The translations under genes were made by a program, and so were the position numbers. This document shows positions 47,283-63,860 of a DNA stretch of 64,000 nucleotides, piece by piece. How positions within the stretch are numbered: position 1 is the first letter of the stretch; each line of letters opens with the position of its first letter. This stretch comes from the human T2T-CHM13v2.0 reference genome, Homo sapiens. Below the pieces are notes generated by a model. That model was not told the DNA's origin. It made no database searches and saw only the letters and a list, made by a program, of their open reading frames with translations. The stretch lies in NCBI RefSeq assembly GCF_009914755.1, contig NC_060946.1; one strand, given 5' to 3'.

Positions 47283-50150
47283 TGGGGTCAGGGGTTCTGT
47301 CTCTTTTATCTTGAGTCCCACCAGGAGCCCTTGATAAGTCTAGAAGTGGGACCTAAGCATGAGTTTATAACCTTTTTAGTCAATTCAGGAGTGGCTCGAT
47401 CCTCTGTTTGTTTCCCCCCCATCTAATATTGCCTACTCTTCAGAGGAACTTTTGGTTTGTGGGGTAAAGGGAGAAGGATTTAAAGCAAAAATTTTAGAAA
47501 ACACAGAAGTCAGATACCAGGCTCAATCAGCTCATATTCAGTTTTTGTTAATCCCTGAAGCAGGGACTAATTTACTAGGGAGGGATTTAATGTTGAAGTT
47601 AGGCATAGGCCTGCAACTCAGCCCAAGAGGATTCCTCACTTCATTAAAGCTACTCACCACTGCAGATGAAAAATATATTAATCCTAATGTCTGATCCAAA
47701 GAAGGAAACTGAGGGAAACTCTGAGTCCCTCCAACCACATCAGGCTAAAAATCCCCAGGGAAGTAGTAAGGAAGAAACCATACCCCATTCCCCTAGAGGG
47801 CAGGATAGGGTTGAAACCTATAATTGAAGGTCTTATTAAAGATGGGCTTCTTGAGCCCTCTATGTCCCCTTATAACACCTCAATATTGCCAGTCAAGAAA
47901 TCAGATGGGCCATACCGGCTGGTACAGGACCTTAGAGCTATTAACCGAATAGTCCAAACTACCCACCCCATTGTCCTCGATCCTTACACCATTCTCAGCA
48001 AGATTCCATATAATAATCAATGGTTTACTGTAATAGATTTCAAGGATGCTTTTTGGGCATGTCTCCTGGCTGAAGATAAGCAAGATATATTTACTTTTGA
48101 GTGGGAGGATCCCCATTCAGGGTAGAAACAACAATATCAATGGATAGTCTTACCCCAAGGGTTCACAGACTCCCCTAACCTTTTCAGTCAAATTTTAGAA
48201 CAAGTATTAGAAAAAGTTATCATCCCAAACAAATATGCCTGCTCCAATATGTTGATGATATTCTTATATCTGGTGAAGATATAGAGAAGGTAGCTGGCTT
48301 CTCTACACATATTCTCAACCATCTGCAGTTCGAGGGGTTATGAGTCTCAAAGGGAAAGCTTCAGTATGTAGAACCTGAAATTAAATATTTAGACCAGTTG
48401 ATAAGTGCAGAGAAGTGAAGAATAGGGCCTGAACGAGTTGAGGGAATCGTGTCCCTACCCTTGCCTCAAACTTAAACAAGAACTCAGGAAATTTTTAGGG
48501 TTAGTTGGATACTGCTGCTTATGGATTAACTCATATGCACTAAACAGTAAACTTCTATATCCAAAATTTGCCAAGGGGAAGACTGACCATTTCCTGTGGA
48601 CGTCTGAGGAAGTCGATCAGGTTGAAGAGCAGATAAAAAGGCTTATAACAGCCTGTCTTAGCCTTACCTTCCCTAGGAAAGCCATTCCACCTTTTTGTCA
48701 ACACGGATAATGGGGTAGCTTTAGGAGTGTCCACTTAAGAACATGGAGGTCATCGGCAGCCCATGGTGGCCTTCCTGTAAAAAGTCTTAGATCCAGTTAC
48801 TTGTGGGTAGCCTCAATGCAGCCAATCCATTGTGGCTACAGCACTAATGGCCAAAGAAAGCAGGAAGTTAACCTTTGGAGGAAAATTGACAGTAAGAAAG
48901 CCCCATCAAGTTAGAACTATCTTAAACCAGAAAGCAGGGAGGTGGCTTACTGATTCAAGAGTCTTAAAGTATGGGACTATTCTGTTAGAAAAAGATGATT
49001 TAACATTAATCACTGATAATTCCTTTAACCCAGCAGTTTTTCTAATAGGGGATCCAAATCTAAAGAGATAGCACTCATGTTTAGACTTAACTGATTACCA
49101 TACAAAGGTCTGACCAGACCTAGGAGAAACTCCCTTCAGGATGGGATGACACTTATTTATAGATGGTTCCTCCCAGGTGATTGAGGCAAAAAGATGCAAT
49201 GGGTATTCAGTAATTGATGGAGAAACTCTTGAAGAAATTGAGGCAGGAAAATTGTCTAAGAATTGGACTGCCCAAACGTGTGAGCTATTTGCACTCAGCC
49301 AAGCCTTAAAGGACTTGCAGAACCAGGAAGGAGCCATCTATACCAATTCTAAGTACGTCTTTGGAGTGGCTCATACATTCGGAAAAATTTGGACTGAACG
49401 AGGTCTCATTAATAGTAAACGTCAAGATCTTGTTCATAAGGAGCTATTCACCCAAGGATTGAATAACCTTCAGTTGCCAGAAGAAAGAGTGACTGTCCAT
49501 GTCCCCAGACACCAGAAAAGTCTTCCTTTTGACAGTCTAGGAAATAACCTAGCAGATTACATAGGAAAACAGGCTGCCATTTCTTTTAAAACATCTATTT
49601 TTCACTGAACTCTTTACCTTTTTCCTCCTAACATAATCTCCATTTTCTCTTCCACTGAAAAGAGAAACTAATAAAAATAGGTGCTAAGGAGAATTCAAAA
49701 GAAAAATGGATATTGCCAGACCAGAGGGAAAGGTTGTCCAAACCCCTTATGAGGGAAAACTTGTCCCAACTGCATCAAGGGACCCACTGGGGGCCCCAAG
49801 CCATGTGTGACACAGTTCTGAAAGTTTTTCGGTGTATAGGAATTTATACTCTGGCCAAACAGGTTACAGACAGTTGCTTAGTATGTAAGAAAACTAATAA
49901 ACAAACTATAAAAAGATTACCCCTTGGGAGAAGGAGTCCAGACTTAAAGTATGCAGTTTGATTACACAGAGATGCCTCCAATAGGTCGTCTAAAATATTT
50001 ACTAGTGACAGTAGATCACCTTACCCACTGGGTCAAAGCTATTCCCTTTTCAAATGTGATGGCCAATAATGTAGTTAAGGCCTTAATTGAAAATATAGTG
50101 CCCAGGTTTAGGCTAATAGAAAACATTGACTCAGAAAATGGAACCCATTT
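47283..50150 (+). pseudogene. pol: ERV pro-pol, disrupted (PR, RT, RNase H, truncated IN)
   Basis: FLVNSG, NLLGRDL, LVQDLRAIN, LPQGFTDSP, YVDD (~48248), FIDGSS, HQGTH...CLVC, IDSENGTHF. Confidence 0.9.
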
Positions 50151-52055
50151 TGCCTCAAACTATTACATTTGATGCTTGCCTTGTTATACCTTGTGGAGCC
50201 TTGTCAGGCCACAGACAGCTCTCCACTTCCGAAAAGTACCTCTGTACTTCCTGGCTGTCCTCAGACTGGACATTAGTGAATTTGGATCATTTAGTCTGGG
50301 AAAGTTTCAATGAAGACCCCAGTGTCAACTGGGAGTCTTGCCCCCTTGACACAGAGCTTTTATGACTAGTTGGTCCAACTACGTGCAAGTGAGAGCAAGG
50401 ATGGACTGCCCCAACCAGTAGTTGTAATTCCTAAAACCATACATTTATTTTACTAAAGATATAGCTCCCCTTAACTTTCAGGTAAACTAGTGCAACTCAA
50501 TACAAGTTATTATTTCAAACCTACAAAGTTCTTCCCCTTCTCTAAGCCAATTCCCTTCTTTAAGCTGGTTTTATGTTATGGGGGCTGAGTTTTCAGAAAC
50601 AGACCCTATTGGATCTTTGAAATATGCTTCATTGCTCCCCTACTGCCTACAGCTTCCCCTAAGTCTTCTTCCAAAAACTCTCACAATGAAACTGTTGTTC
50701 CTCCTCCATCTAATGACAAGATCAAAGTAGCTATTGTAGAAGTTAAAGACCTAAAACAATCTTTGGCAACTGAGACAGGATATCAAGATGCGAATGCCTG
50801 GTTGGAATGGATCAAATACTCCATTCGTGCTTTAAACAAAAGCAATTGTTATGCTTGTGTACACGGCAGACCAGAGGCCCAGATTGTCCCCTTTCCACTA
50901 GGATGGTCCTTCAGTCGACCAGGCATAGGCTGTATGGTAGCTCTTTTCCAGGGTTCCACAGCCTGGTGTAACAAGTCATGTCAATCTCTCTCTCTGCTAT
51001 ATCCCAAAGTTCAACACCCTGCAGGTCAGCCCCCAAGGGCCATCTAGCTTCCGTCTCCTGACACTAAGTTCACTTCATGTCTCTCACAATAAGGAGGAAA
51101 CTTAGCTTTGCTTGGAGACCTAAAAGGATGCAGTAAGCTTAAGACTTTCCAAGAGCTTACCAATCAGTCAGCCCTTATACAATCCTGAGAAGATTTATGG
51201 TGGTATTGTGGTGGACCTTTACAGGACACTCTGCTAAGTAACTGGAGCAGCGCTCGTGCTGTAGTCCAGTTGGCTATACATTTCACTCTGGCATTTCATC
51301 AACCAGAAAAAGGGAAAACACAACATCGTAAAGCAAGGGAAGTCCTTTATGGGTCTTTTGACTCCCACATTTATTTAGATGCTATTGGAATCCCATGAGG
51401 AGTATGAGATACATTTAAGCCCAAGATCAAATAGCTACCGGATTTGAATTGATATTTTGGTGGGTGACAATAAAAATGTAGATTGGATAAATTACATCTA
51501 TAATAATCAACAGTGGTTTATTAATTACACCAGGGATGTTGTCAAAGGAATAGCAGAACAATTGAGGCCCACTAGCCAGATGGCCTGGGAAAACAGAATG
51601 GCCCTAGATATGATATTAGCTGAAAAAGTGGTGTTTGTGTTATGAATAAAACTCAGTGTTGTACCTTTATCCATTGGGAGCAAACAACACTGCCCCCAGT
51701 GAGAGCATAACAAGGGCCCTACAAGGATTTACCACTTTATCCAAAAAATTAGCTAAAAATTCTGGAGTCAATAACCCTTTCTCAACGTGGCTAGAAAGGT
51801 GGTTCAGTAAATGGAAAGAAATCATAGCCTCAATTCTTACTTCTTTTACAGCAGTAATGGGTGTACTCATTCTTGTTGGGTGTTGTGTCATACCATGCAT
51901 CCATGGGCAGTGCAAAGGCTTATATAAACAACACTTTCTAAAACCTCCCTTAGCTGTCCTCCACCTTATTCAGATAGGCTTTTCCTTTTAGAGGATCAAG
52001 TTGAAAAAAAAAAAGCCAAGACATGCTAAAAAGGTTTGAAGAGGAAGGGCTATAA
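50151..52055 (+). pseudogene. env: ERV env, disrupted and 5'-deleted
   Basis: NKSNCYAC, RKAR furin site (~51327), WENRMALDMILAEK immunosuppressive domain, CX6CC, hydrophobic TM segment. Confidence 0.88.
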
Positions 52056-52072
52056 AAATTGAAAGAGGCAAT

Positions 52073-52678
52073 TGTAGAATACAGTGAATTACTCTTCAAA
52101 GGTTTTAGCCTGTTAACGTCCTTTAAAATTCAAGAGAGGGAAGATTGTTAAGTACACTGAGTTCTCAGTTCCTCTTCAAAGAGCCAATAAGTCAGTATGT
52201 TCAGCTTCTCTGTTCTTTGTTCTCCATTTAAAGTTTAACTTCCTCATTCTTTATGCCTCCTTGCCCCTAGTTTCAGTAAACGACCCCCTCCTAGTCCCTA
52301 TCACCTACTCTGTCCTTAGTCATTCTTAGTCACTTGCTCTGTCCTTAGTCATCCTTAGTCACCTGCTCTGTAACCATCCTTCCTGAGGAAACTACCCACC
52401 CTGCCACTCTGGCTTGCACCCCTGTCCTCTTTGAAGTAGCCAGTCAAAATTAGCTTAGAGTGTGTGATCCAACCCTATCCAATAGGGGAAAGATACAGCA
52501 GTAGGGACTATCTGCATTAGGAATAAAAACCCTTTCCCCTCCCTTATCCAGTGTGCTCTTGCCATTGCTCCATCCGCAAGACTCACCCTTCTATAGAAGT
52601 AAATTTGCCTTGCTGGAGTGTTAACTTGTTGCTGGAGTGGTAACTCTTCTTTGTGGCACCAAAAAGTTATTTCCAACA
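52073..52678 (+). mobile_element. 3' LTR (LTR10 family)
   Basis: TGTAGAATACAG...TTCCAACA, preceded by purine tract GAAAGAGG. Confidence 0.93.
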
Positions 52679-52682
52679 CGAA

Positions 52683-52986
52683 GCTGCACCCTTGGTGGAG
52701 GGAACATCTGACGAAGTTCAATGTTTGGGGAAAACAATATCTGGAAAGACTGAACAGTCAGCAAGAGAAACACCTAGGAAAATTACAAGGCCTGTGAAAG
52801 AAACGTCTGAGAAATTTGCATGGCCACAAGAAAGACCTACAAAGACCACATGGGAGGAAAAAGAAACATCTGTAAAGACTGAATGCGTGGCAGGAGTAAC
52901 ATCTAATAAAATTGAAGTTTTGGAAGAAGGAACAGCTAAGATGATCACATGTCCTACAAAGACAGCTACAAAAGCAAGTACAAATG
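52683..52986 (+). pseudogene. Exon 7, 3' part (AAPLVEGTSDEVQCLGK...KASTN)
   Basis: Resumes exactly after the 3' LTR and target duplication; open frame; ends G|GTCAGA. Confidence 0.9.
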
Positions 52987-53751
52987 GTCAGATGCTTGAG
53001 TGAACTTTGTAGAGTTTATTGGCACTTTGGGTTCCCTAGTGGAAATAGTGTGGTACAGGAGTAGTCAGGAATGGCTTGAATGTCTAGATAAGGCAAGCTT
53101 AGGCAACACATTTTAATAGTGTAGAAACGAGTAGATGTTATTCTGTAGGCCCTGGAAAAATTCCCAGAATACTTCTGGCTGTAAATATTAGATGAAAATA
53201 ACTAACAATTGCTAAAACCATAGAAACCAAAGTTGTTTTGGTGGTACAGGGATATTATAAGTTCTCACTCCCCCTCCCCCATTATTAGTTATGCTATCAG
53301 CAGTGTTTTGTTCATGTCTCCTTTCTTGGTTGGCTAATTAGCAACAGCTCCAATCATCATGCTAACTCAAGACAATATCTGAAGTCTGGGAGTGCTGCTT
53401 TTGTTCACATTTTTTTTTTAAATAGGAAGAAAACTTGGAAGCTTGCAGTAATCTTCCTGTAACATTTTATTGGCTGGATTATACCACATGCTTATTTCTA
53501 TACCAATCACTAGGAAAGCAAATGTTATTACTGTGATTAGCTTAGAATAATGATTTTTCTTTTAAGATTGGATGGGGGTAACGGAATAATAAATATCTAA
53601 ATGAACTTGTGTTTCTGCAGCAATAAAGAATACATAATGACTATGCATAGGAAGCCAGCAATGTTTTCTGCAGGAACACAGTGGAAAAGTTTGAGCAGGG
53701 GAGTCACAAGATTAGATTTGAGTATCAGGGCATTCTGGTCATGGTATAAAG

Positions 53752-53965
53752 CAGAGATTGGCAAACTTTTCCTGTAAAGTGCCAGATAGCGAATATGTTG
53801 GGCCATGTGGTCTCTATTACAGCTATTCAACTCTGCCATTGTAGGGTGAAAGGAGTCATAGATAATGGATGGGCAAAGAGGCATGATTGTACTCCAATAA
53901 AAGTTTGTATAAAAAACCATTTAGTAAGCTGAATTTGGCCTGTGGCCTATAGTTTCTGGACCTTC
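53752..53965. mobile_element. MER58A (hAT-Charlie MITE)
   Basis: CAGAGATTGGCAAACTTTTTCCTGTAAAG...CTATTCAACTCTGCCATTGTAG...TTTGGCCTGTGGCCTATAGTTT. Confidence 0.8.
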
Positions 53966-55129
53966 ATATAGAAGATAGATGGAGGATAATCACATAAAAA
54001 GATTTAAAGATGAAGCTTTTGTAGTAGTTCATGCAATAGTCTTTTTTTTTTTGTAACAAACCTGTGGCCTAGTATCAATCTATTATGAAAGTTTGATCCA
54101 TCAAGTGTAAAATGAATCAAGTTCAGAAGCTCAATTTACACATTTAAACATGTAGGTCCTTCTTTGGCATTGTTTTATTTTGATTAACTTTTTTAACTTA
54201 AAAAATAAGAACAGTAATTTATAGGGTTTCTTTTTCCCTGTGAAAACCATCAGTTAAGGGGCCACGTTTAACTAGGAAATATGAATATAAAATAAATAAG
54301 TATGTATTTCCAGTGGCAATGGAAAGATAAAGCAAAGGCAGAAAAGAGGTGCAGTTAATATGGCTTAGTGATAATTGAGTTTAAAAAGCTAGGGGACAGA
54401 TAAAATCTCAGGTCATTCATAAGTTTTCAGATTGTGCATAAGCATTTACAATGCTCATGGGGAAGGAGTAGGAATTTGTCAGGTTAACAGAGAAGTGCAA
54501 ACAGTAATGGGACAGACCAACAGTTTTCTTTACATATTGAGTTCAATGAAACATTTATGTGGGATACTTTCAGTAGGCAATTGGATTATATACATTTCTA
54601 GCTGGAGATAGAACTCTGCTTGAAGATGCAGGCTTAGAATACTTTTATTATAATTATTAGGCAAAGCCATAGATCTCAATGAGCTTATCCATGAGGCAGA
54701 AGATGTAGAATAAAAAGAAAGCCATTGACACAACCCTGGGAATATCGACATTTCACAAGAGTCAAAGGACTTGGTAAAGGAGACTGAGCAGTGGTTAAAG
54801 AAACGTAGGAGAGGAGTCTGAGAAAGTGATGTTACAAATTTCTTTTAAATGTGAGAATTTCAAGCAGTAAACTTACTCAAAAATCTACTGGATTTAACTT
54901 ACAAGTTCTTCAGTGGTAATCTGTTCAAAAGAATTATTTTAGAGTTGTTAGGTATACTTTTGATGTGGTTGATATTTCTGGTATCCAAGAAGAAATCTCC
55001 CAAGATCATACCTAACTTTTTGTAACTAAAGCAGCATACATACACAGGGAGTGGGAAAATGTCTAGACTGGTGAGTACACATGCCAACATTTTTCCAGAA
55101 ATTTCTGCCTCCTTATTATACCACTTGAG

Positions 55130-56860
55130 TAAGGGGTTTAGAGATTTTAGACTATACTTGGGAATTTGTCTATTTCTTTTGCAGTTGTGTCAATTTTTCT
55201 ATCATGTATTTTGAAGCATTTATGTTATTATGTACATAAATATTTAGGACTGTTATGTTTTCTTGATTAATTGAACCCTTTGTCACTATAAAATGACCTT
55301 GTATATTGCTGGTAATATTTTTGCTATGAAATGTACTTTGGTATTAATACAACCACTCTTCCTCAGCCTTCTTTTGTCAAGTGTTAGTGTGGTATATCTT
55401 GTTTCATCTTTTAACTAATTTTTGTCTTTATATTTAAAGTTTATTTCTTATATGCATTATACAGGTAAGACTTGCTTTTTTATCCATTCTGACAATCTGC
55501 CTTTGAGCAGAGGTTTTTAGACCAGTTTAATTTATAATGTAATTATTGATATGATTAGAGTTGTCTGTCATCACACTGTTTGATTTCTATTAGTCCCAGA
55601 TCTTTGCTTTGCTTTTTTCCTTTTTCTGCTTCCTTCAGACTAGTTTAGTAATTTTTATGATTTAGTTATATATCTGTATATGCATAACTTTTTTAGTTAT
55701 TAATCTAGTTTTACATTTCTTTATGATTTAGTCATATCTTTTTTGGTATAAGTTTATTTGGTATTAGGTATAACTCTTTGCTGTCTTAGTAGTTGCTTTG
55801 GGATTTATAGTGTATGAATTTACCTCATCACAATCCATCTTCAAGTAATATTATATCATATCATAGATGGTATAAGAAATTACAATCATATTTTCATTTC
55901 TTTTCTATCAGCCAGATCCCAGCCTAGATCTGTGGGATTATGGCTTTCATTAAGTTTAAAACATATTTAGCCAATTTTTTCTCAAATTTTTTATTCTGCC
56001 TCTCCTCCTACCTCTTTGCAGACTTATATATTACCTGCTGGAAGTTTGCTCTTAGTTCACTAGTGTCTCAAATTTGTGAATCTTTTATTTCATGATGGTG
56101 AATTAATCTATGCTCATATCTACTCAGTGCAGCTTTCATCTCCAGCATTGTAACTTGTATCTCTACAAGTGCAATTTGGTTTTTAAAAGTATCTTCTATT
56201 GCTTTACTTATCTTCTTGATTTTTATAGTAGAATAGAGTTGAGTTACTTATAAAGAGCTTGATCCTTTTCATTTTTCTTTTTATGGTATGAGCTAACTCC
56301 CCATACCTAAGGCAAGGCCTTTCTGAGCATTCATTTTCCTGTGAAGTCTGAGTTTTCCCAGGCAAATCTATAAAAATAGACGCTCTTTTTGGCACTGTGT
56401 GAGCACCAGGTGTGATTTCCTCTAATTTTATAGGCCACCCCCCACCCCCACCCCCACCCGGTTTGTTCTTAGGTAGTTTTCTAGCTCATATGCAATTTCC
56501 AAAATTTCGCTAAATACTGACAGGGAGTTTCTTGCCGTTGATTCTGTATCTCTCTCTCCTCCTCAGTGTTTGTTCTGTAATATCTGTCTGCTTTGGTTTT
56601 ACCAGACTCTAAGCTTCATCAATGTAACCAAGAGAGTCTGGTAGATCCCACCTCAGTTTTTTCTTCCTGTGTCATGTCTCCGAATCTCTATCAAGGCAGG
56701 AAGCTGAAACATTCATAAGGTTTGCTTTCTTTCGTGTTTTTTTTTCTGTTTTTTAGGGATTATTATCTTCTTTGCCTAATGTCCAGTGTCTGAAAAATTA
56801 TTTACTGTATTTTGTGTGTTTTGATTTTAGTTATTTTAGCTAAGAAGAAAAATCATACCT
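55130..56860 (-). mobile_element. Old L1M fragments
   Basis: T-rich reverse L1 motifs (TTTTTATCCATTCTGACAATCTG); boundaries approximate. Confidence 0.55.
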
Positions 56861-57299
56861 GTTGCTCTCCCTTGGCTAGAGGCAGACTACACTAGAGTTT
56901 CAGCACATGCCACAGACTGGCTAAAATGCTTTCCTTCCCTTTTGCTCAACTGCTTCCTTTTCATTCTTCATTCCTCAGTGTAGCTATACATTCCTCGGGG
57001 GAATTTTCCATGAGCCTAGTATAGATCTAATTCTTAGCAAACTGTTTTCTTACAGTATCTATCTGAATTTATAACTGTCACTTTTCTGGGGCTTCGTCTT
57101 TTAGCACATTTTAAGTTAAACAAAGGCAGAGGTTTTTGTTTTTTTCTGTTTAATCTGCAGAGCTTAGTATAATGCCTTCCACGAGGTAGGCAAACAATAT
57201 ATATTTGATCAGTGTATGAATTAGTGATTGTTAAAATATGCAGTTCTTTATATCCCAAAAGTACTTATATATTTTATTTCTATCTCCTCCTGGAGACAG

Positions 57300-57815
57300 A
57301 TTCAACTAGCCTATCAAAATTCTTGGATGCAATTCTTTCTTGTGAAAGAGCAAGGGAAATTAAAAAATATCCCTGTGAGCCAGGCGCCGTGGCTCACGCC
57401 TGTAATCCCATCACTTTGGGAGGCCAAGGCGGGCAGATCATGAGATCAGGAGATCAAGACCATCCTTGCTAACACAGTGAAACCCCGTCTTTACAAAAAA
57501 TACAAAAAAAAATTAGCCAGGCGTGGTGGCGGGTGCCTGTAGTCCCAGCTACTCAGGAGGCTAAGGCAGGAGAATGGCATGAACCCAGGAGGCGGAGCTT
57601 GCAGTGAGTGGAGAACACGCCATTGCACTCCAGCCTAGGCAACAGAGCGAGACTCCGTCAAAAAAAGAAAAAAAATCCCTGTGAACAACTTACAGCCAAA
57701 ATGAAACAAATGAAAAAAAAGCTTCATATACTACAAAAGGAACTATCAGAACCAAAAGAAATAAAATCATAGAGAATCAAAAAGTTAAAAGAGAACAAGA
57801 GCTCTGCAGTGTGAG
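57300..57815 (+). pseudogene. Coiled-coil exon ([20 protein letters not shown]...EQELCSV), split by AluY and carrying a stop/frameshift
   Basis: CAG| acceptor, AG|GTATGA donor; Alu at 57379-57675; TAG at 57770-72. Confidence 0.85.
57379..57675 (+). mobile_element. AluY inserted in a pseudo-exon
   Basis: Full dimer; target duplication ATCCCTGTGA at 57369-78 and 57675-84. Confidence 0.93.
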
Positions 57816-59074
57816 GTATGACATACTAGTATATAGGATATTTTTTGTACTAGCTGACTTACCTTCTGAGGTTTAACTGGAGAAAGAAATCTCTGTCTTG
57901 CAGAGTGTCAAATCCATTTAAATAATACAAGTTCTTAACTGTGAATACATCTCCTGATAATTAAATGCATATTTATTTAAATCACAATTTTAATGGCTAC
58001 GTAGAAGGCCATTATTTGGAAACCCCATTATTTACTTAACATTAATTTTTTTTAATTTTTTTGTGTTATAATAAGTGCTGCAAGGCATAACTGCATGTAA
58101 ATCCATTTCTACCATTCTTATTATTGACTTGGAATAAATTCTTCAATATAAAAATATTTGGTTAAATTATAGGAAGTTTTTAAGAAGTTCTTTGTTCATT
58201 ACTTCTAAATTGTTCTCAAGAAAATTTATATTCATTTATAGTTCAACAAAGAGAGTGTGAAACAGCCATTCCTCTACCCCCAATAATCATTTTCCTTTAA
58301 TTATACACTTGTAATCTTAATATGCATGGAGTATAAAGAAAAACATAGAGTAATTTATGACTAGTATATTCAACATCTCTCTCTCTCCTACATAAATAAA
58401 GTTAATTCAGAGTTCTATGTTAAAAATACTTATTTTTATTTTTTAATTAAATATTATATTCTGTCTTATTCTAAAAGAGATTTAAAATTTATTGATAAAA
58501 TATAAAATAATCAACAAGATACATTTAAAGTATTACTAAAAAAAGAAACAAAAGATATATGGGATAACAGATATTAGATTCTTCAGCCTAGTCTCATATT
58601 ATAATATTATAATTATTTTTAAGGATACTTGCCTTATTTTTTAAAGATGAATATTTATGTCTAATAAATATGTAAACTTGTTTATAAAAAGTAACATCAT
58701 TTTAATTAGTTAACTCTAAATGATCTGTCCTCATTGAGGAGTAATTTTGACTGTTATATTTTTAAAATAATAATTTTCAACTTATAACTTTACTGGATAG
58801 CTTCCAGTATTCTTTTCCATAACAGTTGTTGAAGTTACTAGTAACAGAATCTTTCTAACTAGAAGATGTTCTTTTCTCACTATTTTTCAAGTATGTGTAT
58901 CATTAGGAAGAGAGTTCAGTAATAAATTAAATAACTCAGAACTAGAAAGGAAAAATGTATTCAAGAATGTAGGAATTTTATTGGAATAATAAACCAACAT
59001 AGGAAGAAGTAGATCTCAAAGTGAATTCTATTTTCTAACAAAATGAATTTTAAGATAAGTATATTTAATGGCAG

Positions 59075-59257
59075 ATTGACTTTAAAACAAGAAGAAGAGA
59101 AGAGAAGAAGTGCCAATATATTAAATGAAAAAATTAGGGAAGAATTAGGAAAATTCAAAAAGCAGCAAAAGAAAAAGTTAGAAGTGAAGCAACTTGAACT
59201 CGCTCTCCGAATGTACAAAATATGGAATTGAAGACTGTAAGAAGTAATTTGAATCAG
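59075..59257 (+). pseudogene. Coiled-coil exon (LTLKQEEEKRRSANILNEKIREELG...SNLNQ), frameshifted, donor lost
   Basis: CAG| acceptor; frameshift near 59212; CT instead of GT at 59258-59. Confidence 0.85.
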
Positions 59258-59359
59258 CTGAATCAATCGCTGGTAAAAATTTTATATTTCTAATTTTATT
59301 TCATCAATATTACTTTTAATATCACTTCGATTTAGTATATATTATTCAGAATTATGATA

Positions 59360-60810
<1,451 letters not shown>

Positions 60811-61169
60811 ATAAATTTTATGGTATGTTAATTAATTTAAGTGTAAAAAACTAAATGCAGCTGGTGGCTATCATACTGGACCTCACAGTTCTAACACCAC
60901 CAGTATCAACCCCTGGACAGATATAATCATTTCTAAGCTGCCTTTGCATTTATTATTATTCTATTTATGGTAATCTGTAATCTATTCTCCCACAAAGCTG
61001 GACTATTCCTGTAAGAACATATCTTATACCATTTCATTCCCAGCTCTGAATCCTCCAGTGGTTACCTATCACAATTAACAAAGAAATCTAAGCTCTTTAC
61101 TATGGTCTGTATTTATCTGCTCCTCAGAGTGTGCATTCTCCTTTCCTCCTCCCAGTGCCTGCAGCCTGA

Positions 61170-61560
<391 letters not shown>

Positions 61561-62257
61561 TACTTCTTCATAGCGCTTAGTACAGCCATCACTTTAGTGT
61601 GCAACTGTTTATGCATTTATGTTCTATCTCTGTCACTATACTGCAAGCTACATAAAGACAGACCTTTTCTCTCCAGTTCCCATAATACTACCCAGCATAA
61701 AATAGGCTATAAGCAAACATTTATTGAGTACATAAAAGAAGAATCTTATTCATGTCAAGGCTGTAATCTATGTTAGACTCAAAGAGATAGTTTCCTGACT
61801 ACATAGAAGTGTTTCTTTATTGAAGCATGCCTTTTAAAAAAGTGTTGCACATGGTGGATAAACTTTTGTATGTGCTTCTGGATTCATTTTGCCAGTCTTT
61901 TATTGAGGATTTTCACATCAATGTTTATAAGGGCTATTGGCCTGAAATTTTCTTTATTTGTTGTGTCTCTGCCAGGTTTTGGTATCAGGATGACGCTGGC
62001 CTCATAAAATGAGTTAGGGAGGAGTCCCTCTTTTACCATTGTTTGGAATAGTTTCAGAAGGAATGGTACCAGCTCCTCTTTATATCTCCAGCATAATTCA
62101 GCCATGAATCCGTCTGGTCCCGGGCTTTTTTTGGTTGGTAAGCTATTCATTACTGACTCAATTTCAGAACTTTTTATAGGTCTATTCAGGGATTCTACTT
62201 CTTCCTGATTTTGTCGTGGGAGGGTGTATGTGCCAGGAATGTATCCATATTTTCTAG

Positions 62258-62698
<441 letters not shown>

Positions 62699-62936
62699 TA
62701 GTCTAGCTAGTGGTCCATTTATTTTGTTAATCTCCTGGATTCACTGATATTTTGAAGGGTTTTTCGTGTCTCTATCTCTTTCAGTTCTACTCTGATCATA
62801 GTTATTTCTTGTCTTCTGGTAGCTTCTGAATTTGTTTACTCTTCTCTAGGTTTTTTAATTGTGATATTAAGGGGTCGATTTTAGATCTTTCCAGCTTTCT
62901 GTTATTGGCATTTAGTGCTATAAATTTCCCTCTTAA

Positions 62937-63428
<492 letters not shown>

Positions 63429-63469
63429 TTGAGTGAGTTTCTTAATCCTGAGTTCTAATTTGTACATGT

Positions 63470-63860
63470 ACAAATTAGAGTACAACATGGAAGGTTATGC
63501 AACCATAAAAAAATCATGAGTTCATGTTCTTTGAAGAGACATGGATGAAACTAGAAGCCATCATTCTCAGCAAACTAACACAGGAACAGAAAACCAAACA
63601 GTGCATGTTCTCACTCACAAATGGGAGTTGAACAATAACACATGGACACACGGAGGGGAACATCACACACAGAGGCCTGTCAGGGGTTGGAGGGGAAGAG
63701 GAGGGAGAGCATTAGGACAAATACCTCATGCATGTGGGGCTTAAAACTTAGATTACAGGTTGATAGATGGAGCGAACCACCACAGCACATATATACCTAT
63801 GTAACAAACCTGTACATTCTGCACATGTATCCCAGAAATTAAAGTAAAAATTTTAAAACA
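63470..63860 (+). mobile_element. L1PA 3' UTR end
   Basis: GAAGCCATCATTCTCAGCAAACTAACACAGGAACAGAAAACCAAACA...ACATTCTGCACATGTATCCCAGAA. Confidence 0.9.
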
